Below are positions 1 through 11,789 of a stretch of DNA of 64,000 bases, one piece after another (position 1 is the stretch's first letter; each line of letters starts with the position of its first letter). Position numbers and translations under genes: made by a program. The notes under the pieces are model-generated. The model did not search any database and was not told the origin of the DNA. It was given only the letters and a program-made list of their open reading frames with translations. The stretch comes from Marsupella aquatica (lineage: Eukaryota > Plantae > Marchantiophyta), in assembly GCA_973895155.1 (NCBI GenBank), contig OZ316898.1, forward strand, positions 12,175,187-12,239,186. Direction: 5' to 3'.

Positions 1-37
1 TTGAAGTTTATCTCCCGTTACATTATGGGTTGGTCTA

Positions 38-825
38 GGATGGTCCTAGTCCAAGTTTGGATTCAGATGTGGACTAGGATCATCCGAGTCCAACTTTGCA
101 TTGGGATCATCCGAGTCCAACTTTGGATTGGGATGGTCCGAGTCCAAGTTTAAACTTGGATGGTCCAAGTCCTAGTTTGGATTGGGATGGTCCGAGTCCA
201 AGTTTGGATTGGGATGGTCCAAGTCCTAGTTTGGATTAGGATGGTTCAAGTCCAACTTTGGATTGGGATGGTCCGAGTCCAAGTTTGGACTTGGATGGTC
301 CAAGTCCTAGTTTGGATTGGGATGGTCCGAGTCCAACTTTGGATTGGGATGGTCCCAGTCCAACTTTGGATTGGGATGGTCCAAGTCCTAGTTTGGATTG
401 GGATGGTCCCAGTCCAACTTTGGATTGGGATGGTCCAAGTCCTAGTTTGGATTGGGATGGTCCGAGTCCAAGTTTGGATTGGGATGGTCCTAGTCCAACT
501 TTGGACTGGGATGGTCCCAGTCCAAATCCAGAATCGGAGGATCGTACTCCAAATCTAGACTCGGAGGATTCCAGTCCAAATCCGGACTCGGATGGTCCCA
601 ATCCAAATCCATAATCGGAGGATCGTAGTCCAAATCTAGACTCAGAGGATTGCAGTCCAAATCCGGACTTGGATGGTCCCGGTCAAAATCCGGACTCGGA
701 TGGTCCTAGTCCAAATCCAGAATCAGAGGATCGTAGTCCAAATCCGGACTTGGATGGTCCCGGTCCAAATCCGGAATTGAAGGATCGTAGTCCAAATCCA
801 GACTTTGAGGATCGCAGTCTGAATC
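38..825. repeat. 27-bp minisatellite (TTGGATTGGGATGGTCCNAGTCCAAST-like, drifting to a CCAAATCCGGA variant)
   Basis: Visible tandem array. It reads as 9-aa repeats (DWDGPSPTL / SPNPDSDG) and lies just upstream of the Sola-like ORF. Confidence 0.9.
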
Positions 826-865
826 AAAATTTGCATGACTTTGGTTGTAATCCATTTTTTTCAGT

Positions 866-3800
866 GTGCAGGATAATAGGAAAAGGATGTCTCAAAGGTT
901 TTCTAGGGGCGATGATGTGACCTTGACAATGGATGGTTACGACGTTGGAAATGGGACAGTTCAAAAGACAGATCCGCAAGAGAGTGTTCAAAATATTGTG
1001 CTGGGAGAGAATCGAATTGGGGTTCTCATTGAGAAGGCCTTTGGTGAGACCAGGAAGCTCCCTTTTCCAATGCCTAGGGCGGAAAATCTTCATGATGCCA
1101 TTGACTCATGTGTCATTTGGGATATGTCATGTGCATATCGATCTGCGGATAAGATTACTCAAAAACGCATCAGTATTGGTAGTTGTTCGACTCGAAAAGA
1201 TAACAACATCCATAATTCTGCAAATGTACAGGAGGATGCTTCGACCACCCTAAGGCCAGGTGATGAGGTTGAAATGTTTATCTCTGGCCATTGTGTGGCC
1301 TTTGGAGTTGTTTTCAACACTGATCCAATGGAGAGATGTCATAACATATTACTCGGTGAGTCTCAGGTTAGTGTAAAAATCACAGATGTGATTCATGGTA
1401 GTAAGACTTTACCTTACGCACATGGTGGAGCTGCAACAATTGAAGAGGCAAAGGGCTCCTGGGTTCTATGGGATGTGGCTGACGTCCACAATAAAGTATG
1501 GAATGTTGATATCGATGGGAGCAACAAATCTTCCTCTAAGAAGCAGAAGGACAAGGCGGATTTTGTTTCACAGTCTTGTTCGGCAAACACCACAGACACT
1601 AAGTGTGACTATTTTCATCGGGCAAACTGGATGTCAGAGTTGGTTGAACTCTACACTGGTTTGGATCGAACCAAAATGGTTGCCACGGGAACGATCACTG
1701 TCCCTCAAGTGATGGCGGCAGTTGATGATGAAATTCTTGGTGATGACCATGTTGGGATTGCTGTGAAAGATGTCGTGGCAGCACAATACTTTCCCAACAT
1801 CCACAAGGGAGTAGTGAGTTTGATTCGATGGCGGATTGATTCAACAAAACTAGTTGCAAATGGAAAATTTTTGTCAGATATTTTGGTGGAAGGTTCTGAA
1901 AGGATGGACTCAATGGATAGGGATGAACTCAATGCGGATGTAAGTGATAGAGGAGTACTGCGTTCAAGGCCCTACAATTTTAACAAGAGGAATCAAGTAG
2001 ATCCAAATGAAAAGAAGAGGAGGTTGTTGGAAACCAAGGCAATTTCAAAAACAACAGAGGCGTCAATTGATGATGTGAAAAGAGAAAATTGTTGCAAGCA
2101 AAAATGTTGTCTCATTATGCCAAGGGAAAACATCGAAGATATTAGGATGAAATTTCATGGGATGTCAAGCGAGTCAAAAACGTCACACATTTTCAACCTC
2201 TTTCACTATAGAGAGGATGATGTTCGTGATAAGGGACACCATGTTCTTAAGGGTATGGTCGTATGCAGACATGCATTTGCAATTATCCACGGTTTTAGCC
2301 ACACCAAATATTATGATTACAAAAGGAGATATGTGGAGGGTTGCAAAATTGGGTTCCATGGCAATACGGGCTTGATGAAAACAAGGGCAAATACCTTGCA
2401 TGCACGAGCTCTGTTGGAGGCTTTTTTGACTCGAAATGCAGAGCCCATGCCTCATATGCCTTATGGAGGGGCACATGGGACAGACTCTATTGAGTACCGT
2501 CTTCCGGCGTGTTACAAAAAGCTAGAGATTCTGGAAGATGTGAGAACAAAGATGAAGGAAGAAGGGCTTCCTCCTGTCACAGAGAATACTCTCTACAAGA
2601 TCTGGAGTAACTCATTTGCAAACTTCAGTTTTCATAAAGATGGTGCATTTGCCAAGTGTACTCTTTGTTGTGAATACAAAGACAGTTTGATGCGAGAAAG
2701 AAGGAAAAAAGAACGTGCTGAAATTGAAGAAAAACGAGCGCAACATCTTCGTGAGCAAATGTCACATAGATATGTTTACTACGCTCATCGAGTGATGGCC
2801 AAACAACACCCAGGAGAATATCTTTGCATTATTCACGACAAGATGGATCAAGCAAAGACATGGATTCCAAAAATGGTTAGTACTCCTAAATCTCTTTCGG
2901 GTCATGGAATGCCGCTACCTATTGCTCTCACAGGGATGTTGACCCACGGGAGGGATCCAGGAGTTTATGCACACTTTAGTGTCACTGGCCTTTGGCCCGG
3001 AGATGCCGATTTCACGGTGACATCCTTGGCTAAGTGTCTTCGAGACCTTGAAGAGTACAATGGAGACAAGACAGGTGACATGTTGGATGGCCTTCATTGG
3101 GAACCTCACAGACCTTTCTTTCAAGCCCTACTTGACTTTGAAGCATTTTTGACGGGTTATTTGGAACCAAAGAATATACCGGTGAATAGGTATATTGGTT
3201 CTGAAGATGGAGCTGAGAGTCGGACTGAGACCGTCCCAAACCAGCAAGATGAGGATGATGGAGAAGACATGCAAGGAGAGCAAGGCAGTCCATCGTTCAA
3301 GCCCTTGCCAAGGCACCTAACATTGCAGATGGATAATTCAGCAAAGGACAACAAAAACCAGACTGTCATGGCATTTTGTAGCGAGCTTGTGAGTAGAGGA
3401 GTATTTGAAACTGTTCAAATGTCTTTTCTAATGGTTGGTCATACGCATGAAGATGTTGATGCACTCTTTTCAAAGGTATCATATCAAGTTCAGCACAAAG
3501 AAGTTGCAACCCTCCTTGCTCTTATGGCAGAGGTATGGGAATGCGAGAGCATTCATCCAGTTCCCAGATTGATACAAGAAGTTGCATCTTACAAAGAATA
3601 TCTTCAAACTTTCAAGGTGAAAGATATTCAAGGTCACTCAAAACCTGTATCATTTCTTTTCTCTATGAGAGATAATGTACCAATATTTCAGTATAAGTCC
3701 CATGTAAAGCAAGCTTGGGCTCCACTTGGTGGAAGGTGCATTTGGGCAACAGATCTGACAACAAATTCTCTTCTTTTACCAAGTGGAGAGCCCTTAGCTA

Positions 3801-4648
3801 AATCCATTGGAGAGATACACAAAAAATCTGAAGAGATTATCCCATTTCTTAACAAGTACCTTGATTTTTTGAGAAGGAGTTGCACTGATGAGACATCTAT
3901 AGCATATAAGGAAAGATTTCCTCTTGTGAAATATTGGGAGAGAATTGTGGAGTTGTTGACAAATGGGCTCGCACTAGAAGGGGAGGGAAGTACTCAATTT
4001 CCCTTGGAAAACAGATTTTGGCCTAAGACTAACCACGGCACTGGTTACAAGGTCAACCAACCGGAACAAAGTGGTCCTCCAAGTGAAGATGAGGAGAATG
4101 CAGAGATGACGGCTCTTCAAAATGAGGTCTTGGAAGAGATGGAAGATCAGGCAGCACCATTTGTTGGATCTCGAGCTGAGAGAGAACAAGGACGATGGAT
4201 TCCTTTACAAGATATTTGTGAAGGAAACTTTGTATTTCTTCGACCCGAGGATGACTAGGAGAATAAAAATGGTGGAGGTCATTTCTGGTTGGTGAGAGCT
4301 TTGGGTTTGGTGGACCCAAAGCATGAAGTCCCAACTACATCTTCAACAAACCCTTCTCTGCCTCGACAGTACGCTCCAATGTTCCCAGTTGAATGGTGGA
4401 GGCCTAAACACTCTAGTAAACTTGATGTGACTGAGAGTGCGCGGTATCTAAATTGTTTCATGTCCACTAAGACATGGGAACGAGATCCAGGGTTTGGTGA
4501 GAATACTCAACATTGGCAGTATGCAAATTCTACAATGTATGGTTTTAAATCTGGAATGAAAGAAGAAAACATGGCAGGCAGAGGTTTGAAGATCCCTCGA
4601 AATGTTCTATAAACTGTCCAAAATTATCTTCAAAGGATGGACAAGTAG
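866..4648 (+). pseudogene. Sola-like / DUF7869-type DNA transposase with two in-frame stops near the C-terminus
   Basis: 1130-aa ORF with CCKQKC, AKCTLC, HDKMDQAK, QMDNSAKDNKN and FLMVGHTHEDVDALFS motifs. The frame continues past TAG (4256-4258) and TAA (4610-4612) to TAG at 4648. Acceptor-like TTTTTTCAG at about 865 suggests an upstream exon. Confidence 0.75.
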
Positions 4649-4897
4649 ACTTAGTTGTTAGAAGCTATAATAATTAAATAGATAGTTACTAGTTTTTATG
4701 TAACTAAGATAGTCACTCATTCAAACATAGTAATTTATGTACTAGTTATTTACTATTCTAATAGTTTTAATGTGATACTATCTCCTCATTTTCTAAACTT
4801 TTGATCATTATAAATATGAATGTTTGCTTTTTCTACATAATTAAAAATGTTTTTCTATTCATTCCTTTCTTTTAAATGATTATAATAAGAGTTGGTA

Positions 4898-5250
4898 GGC
4901 AAATGTACACTTTTTAGGCCAAATGTACACTTTATTGCACTAAAAGTTACACTTTCTAGACCAAATGCACTTAAATGTACACTTGTTAAGCCAAATGTAT
5001 GCATTTTGCACTCAAATGTACACTTTCTAGGCCAAATGTACTCAAATGTACACTTTTAAAGCCAAATGTATCTATTTTGATGTTCAAATTTACACTTTTC
5101 ATTGCCCAAATGTACACTCTTTAGGCCAATTGTAAACTTTTCTATCCCCAAATGTACACTTTTCATTGGCCAAATGTACACTTTTCCAAGCCCAAAAGTA
5201 CACTTTTCACTGCCCAAATGTACATAAATCAAATAATAATACACTTTTAA
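4898..5250. repeat. Degenerate array of CCAAATGTACACTTTT motifs, probable subterminal repeats of the Sola-like element
   Basis: More than 10 imperfect copies at about 20-bp spacing, downstream of the transposase. Confidence 0.8.
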
Positions 5251-5289
5251 TGAATAGGCTGATGGAACACTAGTACATTTTTGCTCATT

Positions 5290-5780
5290 TTCCGATGCTC
5301 CCGCTGAAACATGAAACAGGCGTCCGATAGCCAGAGTTACGCAAACTTTCGTTCACAAAAATATCGGAACTTGCGATCCCCACAGCTTCGGAAACACAGT
5401 ATCCGATTTCCAAAACATCGGACATAATTTGCGATACTCCTAATATCGGAACATATCCGATGTCTTGACTATCGGACCCCTCTTCTAAAAATTGTTACTA
5501 AATTTCCGATCCCTGAAGTATCGCATTTGATGTCCGATTGAGTAAATTACGGAAATATTGCGATCGAAAATGTATTGCTTAGTGCTTCCGATAGGTTGGG
5601 TATCGGAAATGTTTTCCGAAGTAGTGTGTATCACAAATAAGTCTGATGCTACAAGAATCGGAAATGGAGTCCGAAAGGGTTTATATCGGATATATGTGGT
5701 TCGAGGTCAAGATTTGAACAAGGAGGTGTTCCGATGGGCTTCCGTTGTTTTAATTAAGCATGGGAAATGGTATCGGGAAT
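5290..5780. repeat. CACTA left subterminal repeats (TCCGAT/ATCGGA in both orientations)
   Basis: Dense CpG-rich motif cluster next to the left TIR. Confidence 0.85.
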
Positions 5781-7997
5781 AAATGGACGTGACTCAAATG
5801 CATATATTACTTAGGGATTGCAATTTGGATTGTGTCAAGGGACTATATACAGTTGTATCCAAAATTATATCCAACCAATGAATCTTTGGGCATGTGTGAA
5901 ATGACAGGACAAAATGTATATGATATCCATGAAGATAAAACATATAGGGGTTTTACCTAGGTCGCATCTATTGTAATGAGGGGTCCAAATCCTCTACTAC
6001 AACTACACTTGGCTTGTCTTGAACAATGGATCGTGAGCGAGGGATGTAAGGCATAACAATGGACCACTCTGGGTCATTCGGATAAGGAAGATAGAAAGAT
6101 TGCTCCAAATGATGGGGAAATGCAAATGGATCTGAGGTCCTCCAATTGGAACTAATGACACTAGTTGCACTGGTCTTCAATCGTGTGAACCCACATGCAT
6201 CTTCTTCACAGGTCCGATTATGGCCAACAAGATTCATCCGAAACCATTTGCACTTGAACACCACCTCCTCCAAGGTTGTATGGGCATGATAATTTACGAT
6301 AAGAATCTCCTCTATCTTCCCATAGTGGGCCATAGTTGAACGTATTGGATTCCGGTCAGAAGTGCTACTTTGTGACTCTTGGGTGAACCACCCCATCACC
6401 CCACAATCTTGTGTTGCTGCTCTCTTCATATCAAGATGTTGGATTCGAAAATGCCTCCCCTTTGACCACATGGCTGTTCGAGTCGTGACCATGAGTAATG
6501 GACCATGAACAAGGGTGCGAATGTCATTGGTGACCTTCGGAAAGTGCAAAACACTCTCACCCTGACCCAACAAGGCATCAATCTCTGTCAACTTCTCCTT
6601 CATATATGGGAGAAACTTGGGGAAGAGGCGTGGCCGACGACTATTACTCTTCTCCTCCTCATAAAATGCAGTCCACTCCCCTGCAATCTCTGGTGAGTTA
6701 TACAACATGAATGTGGTGAGTTCCAGACGTTCAGCAGAGCCTAGTAGTCGTTCTCCCTTTGCTCCAGTGAGTCTATCCTCTTCATAATCTGCCTCTCGTG
6801 CTGACTCATCTATCCAACACCTTGGAGCATTTGGATCAAGTGTAGCCACAATGTTCGTACAATAGAACATACTCTCTGCTCCAAGGTGACGTTCGGCAAT
6901 GCTACCTTCCACCCTAGCACGGTTTGATACATATGATTTCATGACTTCCATGAATCGCTCTACCCAATACATCCAACGACAATGTACTGGGCCTGCAATG
7001 GCTACTTCACGCACTAGATGTACAAGAAAATGAACTTGACCATCAAAGAAGGAAGGAGGGAGTGCTCGCTCCAACTTGCACACAACCTCCACTCCAAATA
7101 CCTCCATGGCAGCAATCTCTACCTCGTTGACCTCCTTTTGACAAACCCATCTCAACAATCTACCCAATGACCAAAGTGCATCCCGAAGATTCTCGCTGCC
7201 CAATCCAATAATAGCAACTGGAATAACGTGCTGCAATAGACGATGATAATCGTGGGTCTTCAAGAAAGCTGGCCATTTTGGAGAGTCATCTCCACCAAAT
7301 GCCTTGCGAAGATTGGCACCATACCCTGTAGGAAACCGCATTGACCCTATCCGCTTGCGAAACTCTATTCGCTCACTCCTTGTGAAAACCCATGGGGGAT
7401 GGATAGTAAGGGGAGGGTCAGGGTCCATAGATGGCCAAAAACCATGAGGGCCATGCATCCCCATCTCCTCACAACTCTCCCTCCAATTGTTGTTTTTCTC
7501 TCCATATAGATGGCGGATCAATGACCTTCCAACATTCCCCTCAATATGCATAGGGTCCAATAGATGATTTATCGACATGTGTTCCCAATATGGAAGTTGT
7601 GCCAATGCAGACAAACGGGTCATGCCACATCTAGCCAAGGGTAATGGGTCATCTGGATCAGTCACCCTCTCCCATACCTCCTTCCAATATATTGGGTCCT
7701 TCGGTAAAGGTTGAGGTCTTGTGTCTGGCTGGCCCTCATCCGTGTCATACAAAAATGGATCATACCTCCAGTCATGCCCCTCAGGAAGATACTTTGTGTG
7801 ACCAATGTAAACTATCTTCCGCAGGGTGGTAGACTTTGGGCGTGCCACTCCCTCCAAGTCTGGTCCACAAGTTGGGCAAGCACGATATCCAGAAGTTTGC
7901 AAGCCAGAAATATATCCAAACCCTTCACAAACAATGGTCACAAATTAAAACCCATTAAGTTTTGAAACCAAACCAAAGGGAAAAAAAATAAACAGAA

Positions 7998-7999
<2 letters not shown>

Positions 8000-8033
<34 letters not shown>
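8000..8033. repeat. (TA)n microsatellite inside a transposase intron
   Basis: Pure AT/TA dinucleotide run. Confidence 0.95.
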
Positions 8034-8035
<2 letters not shown>

Positions 8036-9428
8036 TAGCTGCACAAGCCATACTTAATTTATAAAGAGTTGGGTACCTGGAAGATCATGCATGGTCCACA
8101 TAAGAATGGCTTTGAGCTGAAACTCACGGGGTAAGCCCCCTGTATGCACTCGACCATCATAGCAATCCACTCCCCCCCAAAGTTTCTGTAGCTCCTCAAT
8201 CAACGGTTGCAAGTATACATCAATCTTCTTCACTTGCTTAGGGCCAGGAATAATCATAGATAGGAGCAAATGACCCTTCTTCATGGCCATCCATGGTGGG
8301 ATGTTGTAGTTAGTGAAGACTACTGGCCATACAGAGTATGGTTTGGCCTTGCCGGCCAGTGCAAATGGGCTAATGCCGTCTGATGCCAAACCAAGGCGAA
8401 CATGACGAGGGTCAGTCTTGAACTCACCCCAACGCTCTTCCACAAATCTGTTTGCAGGAGAGTCAACCATCATGCGCATGGTTGGATCCTGAGTAGTGTC
8501 TGAACGGTGTTGGGAATGCCATACCATATACTTAGCCAACTCTGCACATCGAAACTGGTGACGCAAACGAGGAATAAGGGGAAAGTACCTCATAACCTTT
8601 TGAGGTACTCTTCCTGTCAACATATCCTCACGATATCTTGGCGCGTTGCACACAGGACATGTAAGAGCATTTGAGTGCTCCTTCCTGAACAAAACACAAT
8701 CATTCACACAAGCATGTATGACCTCATACTTGAGGCCTATGGACTTCAACACTTTCTTTGCCTCTTTCCATGATGCTGGCAAGTTATTCCCCTCTGGTAA
8801 CATACGATCATGCAATGTCCTGAAAATATCATCAAGAAGCAAGTTGCTTGCTCCATGTCTTTACTGCAAGTTCAGTAATAACATGATTGCTGAAAGACGA
8901 GATAATCTAGACCCCTCAAAAAGACGAGTCCGTGCATGCTCTTGAGCCTCCTCCCACTGGTGCAAGTGTCGATTCCGTGAAGGAGTATGCCTATGAGGAG
9001 GAGGTAAGTCAATGTCCTCCCAGTCACCTGGGTCATGATCACCCCGGGGATCACCCTCATCTGCATCCATGAATTGGTGCATCAACTCATCCATAGCCCG
9101 GTCCTCATCCACTCTTTCTTGGGTAGCATTAGGTAGTTCATGTGGAATGTCCATATCCTCAAAAGGTTGACCCCCTTGCCTACCATCCATGGCCTGAAGG
9201 AGATGTTGTCGCACAGCTCGTGATAATACCTCAATATCTGGCTGAACAAATGCATTCTATCATACACAAAAGAAAACAATGAGAATGATATAAGTCCAGG
9301 TCTCTCAACCAACAATTGAGACATCCATATATGAATGAGTCAAAAGACTCCATAGCTCTTGAAACCAATTAGAGAATGACTCAAGTAATATTTTTATAAA
9401 AGTGAACATATACACATGTTTGTATGTG

Positions 9429-10385
9429 CTATGAAGGACGACACCGTATGGCCATCTTAGGCGCGTTCCAATCATAGTCACAAAAGAGTTCCTCACCAGC
9501 CCTAATAGTCCTAATGGCTACAGTCATAACATGGTCATCCATATGCTTCACATAGTAAGGTGGTGGCGGTGCCCCAAAAATCTGAACCCACTCTACATTT
9601 GGTTGAAGTCCTCGTCCTCTCCCTTTGGTACTATTGATATACCCAGCGATGTTATCACATCGCACAGGATCACCATCAATCATCCTACAATGCCAAGGCC
9701 TCTTGAGGACCTCATCCGGATCGGAATCCATTTGCAATGCATACACTCCCCATGATGGTTGTTGCCGTAAAATAATGTTCCAATTCTTGGCAGTGTATAT
9801 AGGGCCAATATAAGGAAATAAGTGTTCCCCATCATAACCTCTTCGCCATGGCTTTGGATGGACCACAATGTCCTCCAAAGCAAATAACCCAAATCCTACA
9901 TCAACACCAAGGGAAGATGACTGCACTATCCAATGACGGCCCCATATCTCTATAGGGGTAGTGGGTATGCCTTGAGGGATTTTGAATATCTCAGACGAGA
10001 AGTCCTTCACAAGAGGCAACGCCTTTCCAGTGAGATATGACAATCCCAACCTACCCTCCACTACCACATAACCCTCACCTGGCTTCATCATAGGCGGACC
10101 TACCAAGTTTGGGTCTTGAGACTCACGAGTGCCCAATGGTTCATAATGTCTCCTATGCCTATGGGAGCGTGGACCAGTGCGTAAAACCCTAGATGGAGGT
10201 ACCTCCAGGTCACCTTGCTCAATGTCCTCCACCCTTGCTACAGGTACACTCCCGCCCTCACCATTGGGGCACGGGGCAGGAGGAGGGGGTGTAGATGTTG
10301 ATGCAAGCATCCATCTTGCACTAGCCAAGAATGTGTCTAGCCATAGCTCTTTAGAGATCAATGGAGGAGGGGGCCTACGGGGCAC
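9429..10385 (-). CDS. SET-domain (lysine methyltransferase-like) exon carried by the CACTA element
   Basis: Uninterrupted 318-codon frame with GFGLFALEDI, NIAGYINS, PNVEW and VAIRTIRAGEELFCDY. It begins directly after an AG acceptor (10387-10386), not at an ATG. Confidence 0.85.
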   Translation of the reverse strand: MPRRPPPPLISKELWLDTFLASARWMLASTSTPPPPAPCPNGEGGSVPVARVEDIEQGDLEVPPSRVLRTGPRSHRHRRHYEPLGTRESQDPNLVGPPMMKPGEGYVVVEGRLGLSYLTGKALPLVKDFSSEIFKIPQGIPTTPIEIWGRHWIVQSSSLGVDVGFGLFALEDIVVHPKPWRRGYDGEHLFPYIGPIYTAKNWNIILRQQPSWGVYALQMDSDPDEVLKRPWHCRMIDGDPVRCDNIAGYINSTKGRGRGLQPNVEWVQIFGAPPPPYYVKHMDDHVMTVAIRTIRAGEELFCDYDWNAPKMAIRCRPS

Positions 10386-11789
10386 CTATTCATTCAAAAA
10401 AAATCCAAAATTAATAAATATATGATGATAGTGGCCATGATTGTAAGTGACAAATTATGTTTCCTTCATTGAAATGTGTGGGATGAGAGTATGGGGTGCA
10501 TACCTGGTGAGCTGAATGTCCTGGTAAATCAGGTTGGTGTTGCCCATAATTCTCAATATGCTCAATACACTCCCAAGCTTGACGAACCACCATTCCCTTA
10601 CATCACACACACCAACATGGAATGGGGCCTAGAGGAGGAGGAGGATGATGCGGCCTCCGAGGGGGGGGAGGAATGTCCCCCTCAGAAGATGACGAGTCCG
10701 AGTCAGAATCTGACTCGGAACTCCCAGAATTTGACATCTGCCCATCAATGTGAAAATTAATCACATGTCAAAAATCTTTCCCACTCATATTAAGTACCCT
10801 AAATACAATATGTCAAGATTGGAACCTAGTTTACACTAAGCGAATAATTAAAAATAATGACTGTGCATCTTACCTAAATGATATCCGCACTGAACAATGC
10901 CTACTAGGATCTTGGCCTTAGAATATATGCTAAGACAATATCCGAAATGTCTGCACAATTAAAGGAATACCATCAGAATTTATCTATACATATGTCCCCA
11001 TAGAATCATATCCACTATATATTGTGGCCATCAATGAAAAAACTTTAGCCAAATATATACTTAAAGTGCTCACCTCCAAATGATAAAGGGAGTATATCAT
11101 ACCTTTCGGATGCACGGCCTATCGCGATGCATAATGCATTGCAAAAATGGACCTACAAAAATACAAACAAAGAGAACGACCCAACCCTCCGCAAAAAAAT
11201 ACTGCACAATACACGCACATGAGGTTAACTTTGTTTGGCCCCCAACATTAAATCCACATACAAGGTGGACAAATTTGTCAAAACTTTTAATGTGAGTGGG
11301 TCAATGATCATACCGTTCAACCCCAAAAGTATGTTGTTGTAAGGGGGACGTTACCGCACCTATAACCGGCTTTTATTCAAGAACCCCACCGCCCAAACAA
11401 AATCCGGCTACTCAACCAGGCCTACAATTACAATGCAAGTTTTCACATCAACTAAACTTACATTTCCTTACCACATCCCCAGCCCCCCCCATTGACTAAC
11501 TTATTATAAATCCATCCTTAAAGGCATAAAAAATAATGGACAAGCTAAGTCCGATCATATTGGAAGAGGGGTCCGATACTTTAAGCATCGCTATTTCCGA
11601 TCCCATTTTCGATAGTTCAAGTATCGGATGTTTTGATTCTTAAAAAGTCGGATGGAGGGCACAATAGGGTTTGGTACTTTTCCCGACTAAAGTACGAATG
11701 TCTTTGTATCGGGCTTGGTTTTGGATGCAACTTGGGAGGAGCTGCTGAGTGAACACAAAGTGGAGGAGCACGCATTGGAGGTCGAGGCT

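Larger units (their letters stand above)
5968..10737 (-). pseudogene. CACTA Tnp2/TnpD-type transposase; inferred exons 10737-10504, 9241-8077, 7922-5968
   Basis: IPCWCV*CKG...EHI (transposase-associated domain), IHACVNDCVLFR, RLGLASDG, YSVWPV, YNIPPW, LDPMHIEGNV, LKTHDYH, PPSFFD, GPVHCRWMYWVERFM, FKCKWF. The GT-AG intron 8076-7923 joins HDLPG/FGYISG. In-frame stops at 10603-10605 and 8861-8863. Confidence 0.88.

Noticed and set aside
160-601. Repetitive ORFs (MVQVLVWIG..., LGPSQSKVG...)
   Set aside because: Alternative readings of the 27-bp minisatellite.
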